From Stegostoma tigrinum (taxonomy: Eukaryota): 64,000 nt of DNA. Of this stretch, positions 37,530 to 49,695 are shown piece after piece (position 1 is the stretch's first letter; every line of letters begins with the position of its first letter). A program made the translations under genes and the position numbers. Below the pieces are notes generated by a model that was not told the origin of the DNA, ran no database searches, and worked only from the letters and a program-made list of their open reading frames with translations. The stretch lies in the NCBI RefSeq assembly GCF_030684315.1, contig NC_081384.1, positions 26,822,818-26,886,817 of the forward strand, in the 5' to 3' direction.

Positions 37530-38870
37530 AAAAGGAGAATATGGCACAATATTTCCCTGTCAGGTACCTGAAGATCCTGGTTCACTGTGATGTCCTCTTT
37601 CTGGAGGACTGCCAGATGAGGCCATGCTTCCAAACACTGCCAACCTGACCTAAGGTCAACATTCAGGTCAGGGACCATCACCAGGATACAGAGGAATGAC
37701 CATCAATGCAAAAGTAAAGTCAATGATCTCTGGTATGTCAGGATAAGTGCCATAGTCATTTTTCTGTCACCTCACACTCAATCTATCAATGCCATTGCAC
37801 ACATCGCCACAAAGGCTCATCTCCCACAATTCTCACTTTTGCTTGCAGCACCTTTCCTCATCTGCTGTTCCACCTCAACCTCCTACACTCTAACCCTGCA
37901 GTGCCCTTTATGCTGACTCCTCAGGGTTTCAATATATCTGGCTACATTTCTTGGACATGCACCAGTACTAATAGCATCTCACTCGTGCCCCCATTCTTCT
38001 CACCCCAGGAGCAGAGATCCCATAGCAGGGCTAAGGGAGCTAGAATGACTGGTGTTGCTCCTCCCCTACAAAGACGAGGTGTTTTCCCTTACAGAAGAAC
38101 ACTGAGACCATTCATACAGACACTCAGCAACATTCATGTCCCACCAAACGAGTAAGTACATTACTCCACAGCAACTCTCACAACAACCCTGCTGGTTACC
38201 CTCAATCATCACACACCACTATAAAGCATTGGCCGTAACGCCTTCTCTCCATTTCCTGTCACAAGCCTCCTGATGATATTTCTGATGAAGTGACTGGCTG
38301 AAGAAGAATCATTCTCCTGGACGCCAAGCATGTGGACCTGAGAGGAAATATTGGCTACTTCCTGAATCATCCACTAGCCCTTGGTGAGGACTGTATGCTG
38401 CACAGTTTGGTGAAAACCTTGATGCAACAGCTCCATGGCTGGCTTGGGAAGAAATGGCCCAGGCCACTGGCACTCGGAGAACTGCCAGAGACTAGGCGCC
38501 TGCAAGGAGAAGATGCTGTTGTGTTGGTGATCACCGACTTTGTCCACGCATATGGGAGTGTGGAATAGGAGCAGAGGATGCACGTTCCATTACTCCCTAC
38601 AATTGGTCTTTAGGGCTATTGATTTGCCAACTGGGTGATAAGAAACCATGACCCCAGTCTAGTTGATATATTGTTACAAGGAGACATAGCAGTGCCAGGA
38701 GGAACCTGGCCTTAAGCCAGAGGTAGTACTAGACAGATGCCCCTTCACTGTTTCCAAAACGCAGAGGTGAATCCTCCATCCCAATCCTGAATGCCTCCTT
38801 CCAACTCTTGGGAGCCCAAGCCAAGGAAAGCTGACTTGCCTTACTGTTCTTCCAAACCAAGTCCTTACAA
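37530..38870 (+). mobile_element. Harbinger Myb/SANT-like partner ORF relic with retained introns
   Basis: KENMAQYFPVRYLKILV..DVLF..RP..*..QRNDHQCKSKVNDL (trihelix Myb/SANT signature QCRKKxNDL). After a pyrimidine-rich intron ending CCCCAG comes EQRSHSRAKGARMTG (EKxxHNxxExxxTGGG-like). Confidence 0.7.
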
Positions 38871-39600
38871 TAACAGAAGAATATAAGAAATAGGAGCAGG
38901 AATGGGCCTTTTGGCAGTTCAAGATAGGCCTGCCATTCAACCATACCACAGCTGATCTGCCCCAGGCCTTCACTCCTCTTTTGTACCTGCTCAGCATAAC
39001 CTTTAACTCCCTGATACTTTAAAAATCTATCTACCCACTGTTAAAATGTTTTCATTGATCTGGCCTCCTCTACTCTTTGGAGTAGAGAATTCTAACACTA
39101 TTCACTACCCTTGGGGAGAAGAAATTCCTTTGCATCTTAGTTTTAAACAAATGTCTATTTATTCTGTAATGATTTGATTGTTCGATATTCCTCTACTAGT
39201 GGAAACATCTTCTCAACATCTCTCCCTCAGAATCTTACATGCTTCAATAAAATCACCTCTCATTCTTCTAAACCATAATGAGCAACACCTAACTTGTTTA
39301 GCAGTTCTTGATAAGACAATACCTTCATCCTAGAAGCATCCTAATGAATCTGTTTTGAACAGTTTCTAGCATCAGTGTATCCTTTTTAAAATGCAGGCAG
39401 CAAAACTGTACAAAGCACTCCAGGTGCACCCAACACCATACACAGTTGTAACAAAATGTCCCTGTTCTTAAACTCCAATCCCCTCACAATGAAGGCCATA
39501 TTTCCATTTGCCTTCTTAGTATCACCTGCATGCAAACATTTTGTCTTCCAGGTCACCCAGATTCCTCTGCAATACACCTTTTTGGAGTCTCTCTCAATGT
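38870..39600 (-). mobile_element. CR1 LINE 3' fragment
   Basis: Minus ORF KKANGNMAFIVRGLEFKNRDILLQL; tail ATAAGAAATAGGAGCAGGA. Confidence 0.85.
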
Positions 39601-40403
39601 GACAGCATTATTGTATTGCTGGAGCCCAATTTGGCAGCTCTTCAGTATTAACCTTTTCACAACTAAACACCTTTGACAACACTTGCTACTGTTTTTTGGT
39701 CACATTTTCATCATTTGACCTCAGCTAAAGCTGAAATTTCTTAGAAGTAAAGCAGGGGATTCTTTCTCTCTGCAATTTCACACCAAAGCTGCAAGCTTGA
39801 CAAGGGATACTAAAAATAGACAACAAAATTGTTCAGGAAGGTATTAGCTGTTAGGAACCATCATGAATTGTCATGAAGTCAACAATTTATCAGAAAGGAC
39901 TTTCAAGAGACAATCTATTGGACAAGTGTAGGGCATTGATGTCTGCTTAGTACTAATGACTAGAAAAGGAAACTGGTTGAATTTGTCAGTTCTCGCATTA
40001 ATCACAAGGCAAATTCTTTGAAATGTATTAAATCGATGTGAACATCATGTAGTTGGTGCATGTATACACATGTATTTTGCACAGAAACACAATGTGAACA
40101 TAATCTTCTGTTTCTGCAGTAACTGTCCTCACTGGAAATGAATAGTCACGATTTTTAAAATATTTCAAATTTGCGCTTTGAGTAAAACAAAACCGCAAAC
40201 ATGTTCTTTACATTTGAGTTATAATCTTAAGACACAAAGCACATAGAAACTGCTGTTTTTATATTTTAGGGGATGCCCTCTCATGATCTGATACTAAATT
40301 GTGATAGTTGAAGGGCTTCTTAACAAAGATTTAAAGTAGTGTGGTCTATGCCTATTCTAGTTAGTTACCAACGTTAGTCCAGGCTATTGCAATAGTCACA
40401 TTT

Positions 40404-40880
40404 AGAATCATAGAATCAAACAGTACAGAAGAGGCCCTTCAGCCCATTGAGTCTGTGCCACCAAAGATATACCAAATCTATGCTCGTCCCATGTTCCCGC
40501 TCTTGGCCCATAGCCTTGAATATTTCCAAGTGCTCACCCAAGTATTTCTTGCAGGTGTGGCATTACCCACTTCAACTACTCTCCCACGCAGTAATGCTTC
40601 ATGAAAACATTTTTCCTCAAGTCCCCTCTAAATCTCCTGCCTTTCATCTCAAAAGTGTGCCACTTTGCTGTCGACCCTTCAAATAAATGGGACAGCGATG
40701 TTCCATCCACCTTGTCGATGCCCCTCATAATCTTATACACCTCCATCATGTCCCACCTCAACCCCATCTGCTCCAAAGGAAACAACCTGAGCTCATCCAA
40801 CCTCTTTTTGTTACCAAGGTACTCCATCCCAAGAAACATGCTAGTGAAACTCTATTGCACCCCCTCCAGTGTAACCACCT
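40404..40880 (-). mobile_element. CR1 LINE 3' fragment
   Basis: RLDELRLFPLEQMGLRWDMMEVYKIMRGIDKVD; TAGAATCA tail. Confidence 0.85.
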
Positions 40881-42065
40881 CCGAATACAATCACATTTCT
40901 ATTTTTCTCACAAGGCTGGCAATACTTCTTTAGTCTGTTAAACTTGAATTACTATTTAAATAAGCCGTCAAAATTGGCTACTTGGCTTTAGCCAATGTGA
41001 TCATTCGTTGAAGTTTGCCCATTTACAATTCAGATCTAAGTTACAGTCTATATTTCCTTTCAATAGAGTCAGTGCTTTGTAGTCTGCCACCTGTTGCAAA
41101 CTCACATTGTTCCTTCAGATCTATCTTATTTTCTCACAAGCTTTATACAACTCCATTGATTACTGTATTCACTCATTGTCCTTTAAGATCATTTGTAACA
41201 GGGCCTGATGTAGAATAAGGTTTATGTAACCATGACTGAAAACTAACTTCAGAAATAAAAACCTATCGTCCTGGCGTGGGGGAAGAGAGAAAATTTCAAT
41301 TTCTGCGTGAAATGGTCTCACATCCAATTGTGCTGTATGGTGAAATTTTAATTGTTTTGAAGAAAAACTGGAACTAAAAGCTAGACAGGAAGCAGCCCTA
41401 AACTATTATCAATCATCATAAAACCCATTCTGCTTCACTAACATCCTTTAGGGAAGGAAATCCACCCATCTTTACCTGCTCTGACCTACATGTGACTCCA
41501 TACCACAGCAATCCAATTGACCCTTAACTGTCCTCTGAGGTGGCCTAACAATCCACTCACTAGCAAGGCAAGTAGGGATGAGCAATATGTGTTGGCCTGG
41601 TGAACACCATGAACAATTGAAACATAACCTCATCAGAGTGGCCACACTATCTGCTGGACATCAGTGCTCTGTGAACAAACCCTGCTGCTCTAGCCCACTA
41701 GGGAAGGTGAGAAATTAGGCAGCCGTCACCATGACTGGACTGAATAGAGGTGAAAACGGAGCAGAACCAAATCCAGGCCAGAAACGAGTCTACAGTGGTC
41801 TAGTGTTTTCTGAGAGATTTCTGCTGCTCCTTGTCCCGCAGAAATTCTCCTAAAAATTTATTAGATGTTTCCTTGAGCAGCAACCGGCATCCCATTCTGG
41901 ACCACTTCTTAGATTGCTCAACGCTTGGAAAAATGGCTGACATGTCTCTTAACATTACAACTAGAATTCTGCCGATCACGCGGAATCCTGATGTGCATGT
42001 TAAAGCAGCAGTTACATGACTTGCTTGAATCATTAGGATCTTGAGCACCCACGAGCTGAGGTATT

Positions 42066-42219
42066 TATAGTGATTGTAATGAGGTCAGCCAGGTGGACCT
42101 CATAGGCTATGAGTTCCCTGATTGGGGCTGTTAATCTGGCTGACAGTGTCATGTACAATGCTTGTATAAATAAAGGGTGACATGGTGATAGGCTACCAGC
42201 TTTCATGGAGTTATGTCCA
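42066..42219 (+). mobile_element. Internally deleted copy of the short solo-LTR-like element
   Basis: TAGTGATTGTAATGAGGTCAGCCAGGTGGACCTCATAG...GAGTTCCCTGATTGGGGCTGTTAATCTGG...AATAAAGGGTGAC...GGAGTTAT. Confidence 0.7.
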
Positions 42220-42419
42220 TATGCACCTCAATTATCAAGCAAGGATTTATATTTATCATTTGTCATTGTTCATCATTTGGCAGCGTCCAAAGTTTTGGCC
42301 ACTTTGAACTCAATTTTACCTTCTTACCTTCCGCATGGACCAGGCATTCCAATCTGATCTAATCCCATATGCCATCCTTTCTATTAACTAGCAGCCAACT
42401 GGATACCTCCCTGTCCATT

Positions 42420-43020
42420 AAGAAGTCTTTACAGCCCAGAAGTTGGATATCCAGCCCAACAGGCCCACATTGGTGCTTATGCTCCATACAGTCTGCTTCT
42501 TACCTTTCTTCAACAGACTGCATCAAAAGTTCCTTAAATTCCATATGTTAAGGGCTAGTTTGGCACTCCTTAATTACATCACATGCTATTTCTCTTTACA
42601 TCTTATGTCTTATTAAACTTTGTAGCTTCTTTTTGTGTTTTATGTACTGCTATACCTTTTGGCAAAGATTCACATTCTCACCTCTCTGGGTAAAAAGGTT
42701 TCTCCTGAATTCTGAATTGGGTTTTTTGATGACTTTCTTACATTTATGACAGTTCTGGCCTTCAACTTCTCTGCAGTTACTGGAGCAATTCCTTTCATTG
42801 TCTTAACAACTTCTATCAATTCAGCCTTCTCTTTTCTCAGAAAACAGCATCCCCACCTCGTGACTGCTCAAATTTTCCTATCATGTATAATCCCTTGATT
42901 CTGATAATGTTCTAAAACATCTTTTTGTACATTTCCAGCGCTCTGTCCTTTTCATTATATGTGGAATCAACTGTTCATAGTACCTCAGATGTGGTTAGCC
43001 TAAAGTTCTACATAATGAGA
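42420..43020 (-). mobile_element. Old CR1 3' fragment
   Basis: CTCTCTGGGTAAAAAGGTTTCTCCTGAATT and AACTGTTCATAGTACCTCAGATGTGGT (reverse of RPHLxYCxQ). Confidence 0.6.
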
Positions 43021-43099
43021 CATAACAGTAGAGTAGGGGTAACTCAGTCAGTGATGTAACTGATGTTATGTCATCATGATAAAGTGAAAAGCAAAGGAT

Positions 43100-43412
43100 T
43101 TTTTTTTCCTCTAGGATGGGGGATTGCAAAACGAGGGCAGATATTTTTAAGGTGAGAGGAGAAAGATTTAAAACGGGCCCAAGGGGCAACTTTTTCTCAC
43201 AGGGGGTGGGCCGAACTACCAGGGGAAATGGTGGAGGCAGGTACAGTTCCAACATTTAAAAGACATTTGGATAAATACATGAACAGCGAAGGTTTAGAGG
43301 GAAATGGGCCAAATGCAGACAAATGGGATCAGTTTAGTTTGGGAAACTTGGTCAGCATGGACTAGTTGGACCAAAGTGCCTATTTCCATGCTGTATGACT
43401 GTATGACTCTCT
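43100..43412 (+). mobile_element. CR1 3' fragment
   Basis: AAGGTGAGAGGAGAAAGATTTAAA...ACATTTAAAAGACATTTGGAT...CTGTATGACTGTATGACTCT. Confidence 0.85.
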
Positions 43413-43824
43413 GACATAGGGAGTACACTCAAAGGGAAGAGTCTGAGAGGAAGGTTGAGAGAGAATCAATACTTTGTATTTGACTGTAGTAACATATATT
43501 GTGAGAATAGAGAGTAGGAGTTCTGTTGCCCTATTTACATCCAAATTAATCCATTAGCTGATTAGATCACCTAAGGATTACCAACTGGTTAACACTAAAA
43601 GATAAATGTAGTCAAAGGCTAAGGGCAGACCAGGTAACATATCCTGTGTGGTCACATCCATCACCTTCTATTTCCATTATTAACTTCCCTGCTTTTCAAT
43701 TCAATTCATTTTTAAATGTGCCTGCATACTTTTTTTTGGCTTTAACAACCTGTTTAGATATGACACAACACACCTCTGCAGGTATCACATCCTGAGGTGA
43801 GAACTGAACCTAGACTTTCTTGAT

Positions 43825-44263
43825 GGACTGGGGCAGACAAGGTTAAAAATCACGAGACACCAGGTTATGGTCCAACAGGTTTATTTGAAAGCACAAGCTT
43901 TTTGAGCCTCATTCTTTCTTCAGATGTTAGTGAGAAAGGTAGCATCAGACACAGAATTTAGTCACCTCTGGTATACTGATAAAGCCTTTAGTTATCATGG
44001 GACAGTGACTTGGTAGAAATTCTGGTTATTGCATATTAATCAATTGAAACTTGCATCTCCTTTCTAGCTGATTAAAGATTTAACATCCATCTTAGGTTTT
44101 TTCAATACATTTGCTCAGTTCTATGACTCTTTGATCTTTTACTTATAAGTTCTGTGTTTGATGCCATCTCTCTCACTAACACCTGAAGAAAGAATGAGAC
44201 TGTGATGGCCTATGTTTTCAAATAAACTTGTCGGATTATAACCTCGTGTTGTGTGATTTTTCA
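43825..44263. mobile_element. Fold-back insertion of a third PLE family, inside a SINE head, with 16-bp TSD
   Basis: AAAAATCACGAGACACCAGGTTATGGTCCAACAGGTTTATTTGAAA is mirrored by TTTCAAATAAACTTGTCGGATTATAACCTCGTGTTGTGTGATTTTT. TSD CCYAGACTTTYTTGAT at 43809-43824 and 44264-44279. Confidence 0.8.
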
Positions 44264-44669
44264 CCCAGACTTTTTTGATCAGAGGTAGGGACATGTCAGT
44301 GCATCTCAATGCCCTAAGCCCCAGTAACATGCTTGCTTTCGCTACAGCCTCATTAGCCATTGTAGCTACCTATTCTGTTTATAATATTTACATCCATAGG
44401 TTACCCTGCTTCTTTGGCCATTTAGGCACTTATTTTCCAAGGAGTATATAATCACCTTATCAAAACAAATTACTTCATACTTATCTGTATCAACATCCAT
44501 TTGTCAATTATTCACACTCTCCCTGTTTATTAGTTGCTACCTACATTGTGTTGTCTGCTTCCTCTGTATTATTTGTAATTCCCTGATAATTGTCTACCAA
44601 CTAATACTACTATATTCCCATTTGTATCATGGACTTTGATTTCATATAAAGATGAATGAAGATATTTTC

Positions 44670-45110
44670 TAGTGCAATGGTTAGTTCCTTACCTCTTAAC
44701 TAGGATCTTCAGCTTCACATTCCATTCTAGAATGTGGCATTCTTAATAAGGTTGAGTACCAATTCATCTATCCTCCCAGTTGAGGAACATAGAGAGAGAG
44801 AAGTTTCTGATCGATTGTACAATGGAATGAAATTGGAACCTTTACTATCATTATCTACTGCTCCATAAGCAATGTACAACATAATATGAGAAAGTGCATG
44901 TTGTTACAGCAACTCATTACCCAGCTTGGGGCCTGGTTGTCTCAGTTTGCTGAACAGTTGATTTTGATCAAATTGCTGCCAACAGCATGGAGGTGGATTC
45001 CTGTCCTGTGGGGTAAATTCAGAACCTGCCTCATTGCCCTATTTGTGATGGAGATCATGGTGATGTGGGTTGGTCCTGCCTCTGGACAGAACATTCAGGG
45101 ACAAGAATAG
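44670..45110 (+). mobile_element. Two adjacent decayed tRNA-derived SINEs
   Basis: Heads TAGTGCAATGGTTAG...CCTTACCTCT (about 44670) and GGGGCCTGGTTGTCTCAGTTTG (about 44927). Confidence 0.45.
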
Positions 45111-45704
45111 CTCATTAAACTTATATGAGATCCAGGTGGGCAAAATCCTCTGCCTCTCTTCCACTTTCTAGATCTGCCATGCCTTCGAGAAATCAAATAA
45201 AGTAGATAAGTGTGGTCTCCCATTTCTTAAACAATCTCAGCGTTCTTAACACACACCTCATGCCATATCCTGTTATATGATCATTAATATTTCCAACCAC
45301 ACAATGATAATTTTGGAAAGGTAGGAGATCATTTATGATCAGAAGAAACCAATAAAATGGCAAATATCACAGAGTTAAGGAAGGGAAATCAGTTAAACTA
45401 CAGTTTAGTGTAAAAAAGGCATTAAAACAATACTGGAGAAACTCAGCAGGCCTGCCAGTGTGAGTGGAGAAAAACAGAATTAATGCTTTCAGTCCAAAGA
45501 CTCTTCTTCAGATTAAAAAGGAATGTTTGCAAAAGATTTCGGAAGTAATTATGTTGGTGATAGAAAGTTCCAGATCTTAAAGTTGGATTTGGGATCTGAA
45601 GGTTATTTTTACAGGAATTAAGCGTGGTAAGTAAGAATGGGGAACAGGAGTGAGAGAGACAGAAGGGCAAGTGCAGTGGGGAAAAAGAGAGAGACACACA
45701 CAGA

Positions 45705-46025
45705 GATTATTGAATCCCTATAGTGCAAATAAAGGCTATTTGGCCCATCAAGTTTTCACTGACACTCTGAAGAACATTCCACCCCATCCTATCCCTTGTA
45801 CCTCCCACATTTTCCAAGGCTAATCCAGCTAGCCTACGCATCTCTTAACACTACAGGGTGAATTAGTACAGCCAATCTGGAAACTGGAGCACCCAGAGGA
45901 AGCCCATGAAGTTATGGGGAGAATATGCAAACTCCACACAGACAGCTGTCTGACGCTGTAGTTGAACCCAGGTCCCTGGTACTATAAGGCAGTACTGCTA
46001 ACCACTGAGCTACTCTGCCACCCTA
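45705..46025 (-). mobile_element. HE1-type V-SINE
   Basis: GGGGAGAATATGCAAACTCCACACAGACAG...TTGAACCCAGGTCCCTGG...AACCACTGAGCTACTCTGCCACCC. Confidence 0.85.
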
Positions 46026-47944
46026 GTGACAGCTTCCCTCCCACCATCCAAGCTACACCAAGTATCTCTTGCCTTAACCCTGGCCCTGAGATGATCCCCT
46101 GGCCTGGAGGAAGCAACAACAGTGACGGAATCAGTTGCCTTCGTGGAAAAATAGCAGAGGAGGGTATGCAGCAGATTGATCCTGAGGCAGCAGAGCCAGG
46201 AAACAGTACCAGCAGCACTGTATACTAAGGCAGCGGAGGAGGTGGTTACAGATAGAGCAGACAGTGAGGAGGCCAAGGTACAGGAGCTGGAAGAGATTGA
46301 GAAAATGAATTGAACAAATAAGAATGTTCATTTTTGAGGGTTCACAATGGACCACCACACACACAAAATAAAGAGTCCAGTACTTAGTGAGTTGAAGTTG
46401 AACCATAACATTGGACTTGTTGGGCCGAAGGGCCTGTTTCCACACTGTAGGGATTCTATGATTCTATGAACAGCTACTGCCCAGGATCCAGAACTTTCTA
46501 GGGTCAAGTAGTTGGACGCATGTAGCTAATTAAGGACTGATGGGGATCTGGGTTCAGATTCTTTCTATGGTTTTCATCATTTTTGTAGTCTTCATAAAAT
46601 TTTATAGTTCTCATCATTTTTACTATTTATTACTTTGTATCTTTTTTTGCTTTGTAGGCTTTATGGCATGGAGATTGGAAAGATATTTTGCACTAAATGA
46701 AAAGATCAATAAATTCAGATCTTTTTGTGATAAATTTCCTTGCTTTTTTAAAAAATTCATACATTGCTGAATGCAGTTGATGTTAATTTGATACCTTTGT
46801 GAACTTTCTTTTGATGCAGTTGAGATATGTTATTTAATGCTTTTGAGAAGCTCCTTTTGATGGCTTTGGGGGTTGTATTTTGAAGACTTCAGATGCTTTC
46901 CAAAACTTTTTTTACATTTTGAGTTCCTCATTTGGTCGAAATGAGGAGATTTGATGACGTTTGAAAATGGTGTGTTTTTTTTTCTTATTATGCTCAGAAG
47001 AAATGCAACTACATTGTTTACAATTGCAAATTTAAAAATGTTCATTTAAAGTTAAAAAAAATTGTTATAGCTAAGAAATTAATAAGGGGAAATGGGAAGT
47101 AAGAACATGTAACTGTGAGAGTGAAATTAAGTTTAAATAAGTTGCCATTAACATTATGTTAAGTATACACTTTAACCCTATAATGTTAGCATCAAAGGAG
47201 TTATATAATTAAAGACATATACATGCCTGTTGTATAATAATTATGCCACTTTCTGTGTCCTAGCAGATAAATTGAAATCAGTGAAATCTAATCACAGGGC
47301 ATCCACATCTTTAAGCATTCATAAACTTTCAATACATTGCTGAACCAGCTAACTTTCTGCAATTTGTAAAACTCAAGCAAATAAAGATTTGGTAAAAGAA
47401 TCTGACATAAGAAAAAGAAGTTTGCTTTCAAATAATTTAAATTCAAAGCCAAAGCCAGTTATTGCAGAGTGTGTCATTACCTAACAGAATGTCGGTGCAT
47501 GTCGAATAAATTTCTACTCAGGACTTTGAAGTGTGCAGCAATGACCCAATGTCTCATGTAATCCCTGTAGCATATCTTGCAATAGATTGTCTGAATCACA
47601 GCACCTGAGGCAATGACGCCACAGAACTATGGTGCATACAGCCAAAAATATTCAAAAAACCTTCTAATTTATCTGACACATTGGAAATTGAAGTGTCAGC
47701 ACTGGCAGCTGCTTAGACTGTCAGGAGATCAGAGACAATAGGATTTTCTTGTCATCAACATCATTATCTATTAGTTTAATGGACGCCCTCTGGAAGCTGA
47801 ATAAATGGATATCATAAGAGCTGCACAAACATTACTGATTTTGAAAATGAAACATGGTCAGCAAACAATCAAGCTATGTCAGTGGGAGGACATTGTCTTC
47901 TAAGCTTCAGTGTGTTGAAACTTTAGATACAATGGTGCCGTTTT

Positions 47945-49695
47945 GGACTGGGGTGGACAAAGTCACAAGTCACATGATACCAGGTTATGGTCCAACAGGT
48001 TTATTTGAAACCACAAACATTCAGAGGACAGCCCCTTCATCGAGAGGGAAGAGCACACAGATGCACATTTTATAGGCAGAGAGATCAAGGGCTTAGAAAT
48101 CAGGAGATGATACAACTAGTGTGAGTAGAGTATCGAATAAGAAGTCTCAGCTGGTGACCAAAAGTCGTAGACAGTGTGAGTAAAGTGTCAACAGCTGAGT
48201 AACAAGTGAAGGGATGACCTATAATCCAATTAAATGAGGCAGAGAGATAGTTACAAAAAAAATTAAAGATAACGTGTGTGCTAGAGATAAACTAAATGAC
48301 TGGAATAATATATGTGTAAGAGTCGCATGCCAAGTGGCTAACCAAAGTAATAAGTAATCCAAAACTGTGCAAAGTAACGAGAGTAGAGAGGTGTTAACAA
48401 GTTACCAAGATGATGGTGTCAAAACAGGACAGAACAGTGTGGTAGGGTCACATGTCACGTGACATGAACCCAAGATCACAGTTGAGGCCACCCTCGTGGG
48501 TACAAAACTTGGCTATCAGTTTCTGCTCAGTGATTCTGTGTTGTAATGTATCTTGAAGTTCACCTTGGAGGATGCTTACCTGCAGATTCAAGACTAAACG
48601 TCCTTGACCATAGAAGTGTTTCCTGACTGGAGAGGGAATATTCCTGTCTGGCGATTGTCGTGCAGTGCCCATTCATCCTTTGTCATAGCATCTGCACGGT
48701 CTCACTGACGTACTATGCCTCGGAGCATCCTTGCCTGCAGCCGATGAATTGTCAACATTGGCTGAGTCACATGAGCATTTGCCATATCCATGGTGGGTGG
48801 TGTTCCCACATGAGATGGTAGTGTCCAAGGCGATGATCTGACATGCTTTGCAGAGTTTGCCATGGCACGGTTTTGTGGTGTTGTAGCCAATGTTGTTGTG
48901 GATGCTGGGTAGTTTGCTGCAAACAATGATCTGTTTGAGGTTTGGCAATAGTTTGAAGGTGAGAAGTGGAAGAAAATGCTGTCAATGTGTCTGGTATAGC
49001 ATTGGTCGGAGGTCCTGTGCAGCAAAGATGTCTTGATAGAATGTGTGCATGAAAATGTTGGCATATTGGGGTATAGATTGCTCCCCATGGTTACAACTCA
49101 TGTCTGGACGAAGAACTGGTTGTCAACGATGAAGAAGTTGTGGCCGCGGATGAGTTGTAGGTTGACAGGTGTTGGTATTGAGTACTGTCGTAGCAGTGAT
49201 CGCATCGTGGGTGATGCTGGTATAGAGTGGTGAAACATCCATCATGATGAGGAATGTTCCTGATTTGACAGGTCTGTGAGTGTTGCGTTTCTGTAAGAAA
49301 TTTGTGGTGCCGCAACAGACGCTGGGAGTTCCCCGTAAAATGGGTTTCAAGCTGCTCTCAACATAGCTGGAGAGGTTCTCGCATAGGCTGATACAATGGA
49401 GTGACCAGGTATGTTAGCTTTGTGTATCTTTGGAAGGCAACAGAAGCCTCATACTCAAGAAGTACGCAGGATGAGAGTGCTTGGAAGATCAAAGGTCTTG
49501 ATCAGTCTGTTGAGTTGATGGGTGTGTTCTTTGGTCGGATTGGCAGGCAGTTGTCTGTAGTGTTCCTGGTTACTCTTTGCACTAATCTATTCTATTCTCC
49601 ATGATGATGGCTCCTGCTTTGTCCGCTGGGCTTGATGACAATGTTACAATCGGTCTTGAGGGCCTGCATAGCATTGCGTCGTGCTTGGGTGACAT
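47945..49695 (-). mobile_element. Long decayed Penelope-like element (RT, GIY-YIG, 3' end); same family as 43825-44263
   Basis: GTFLIMMDVSPLYTSI (RT motif A), CKACQII...SCDSANV and EQKLIAKFCTHEGGLNCDLGFMS. Many frameshifts. Confidence 0.9.

Noticed and set aside
46925-46947. Hairpin TCCTCATTT-GGTCG-AAATGAGGA
   Set aside because: An isolated 9-bp stem with no surrounding ribozyme or terminator context; compatible with chance.
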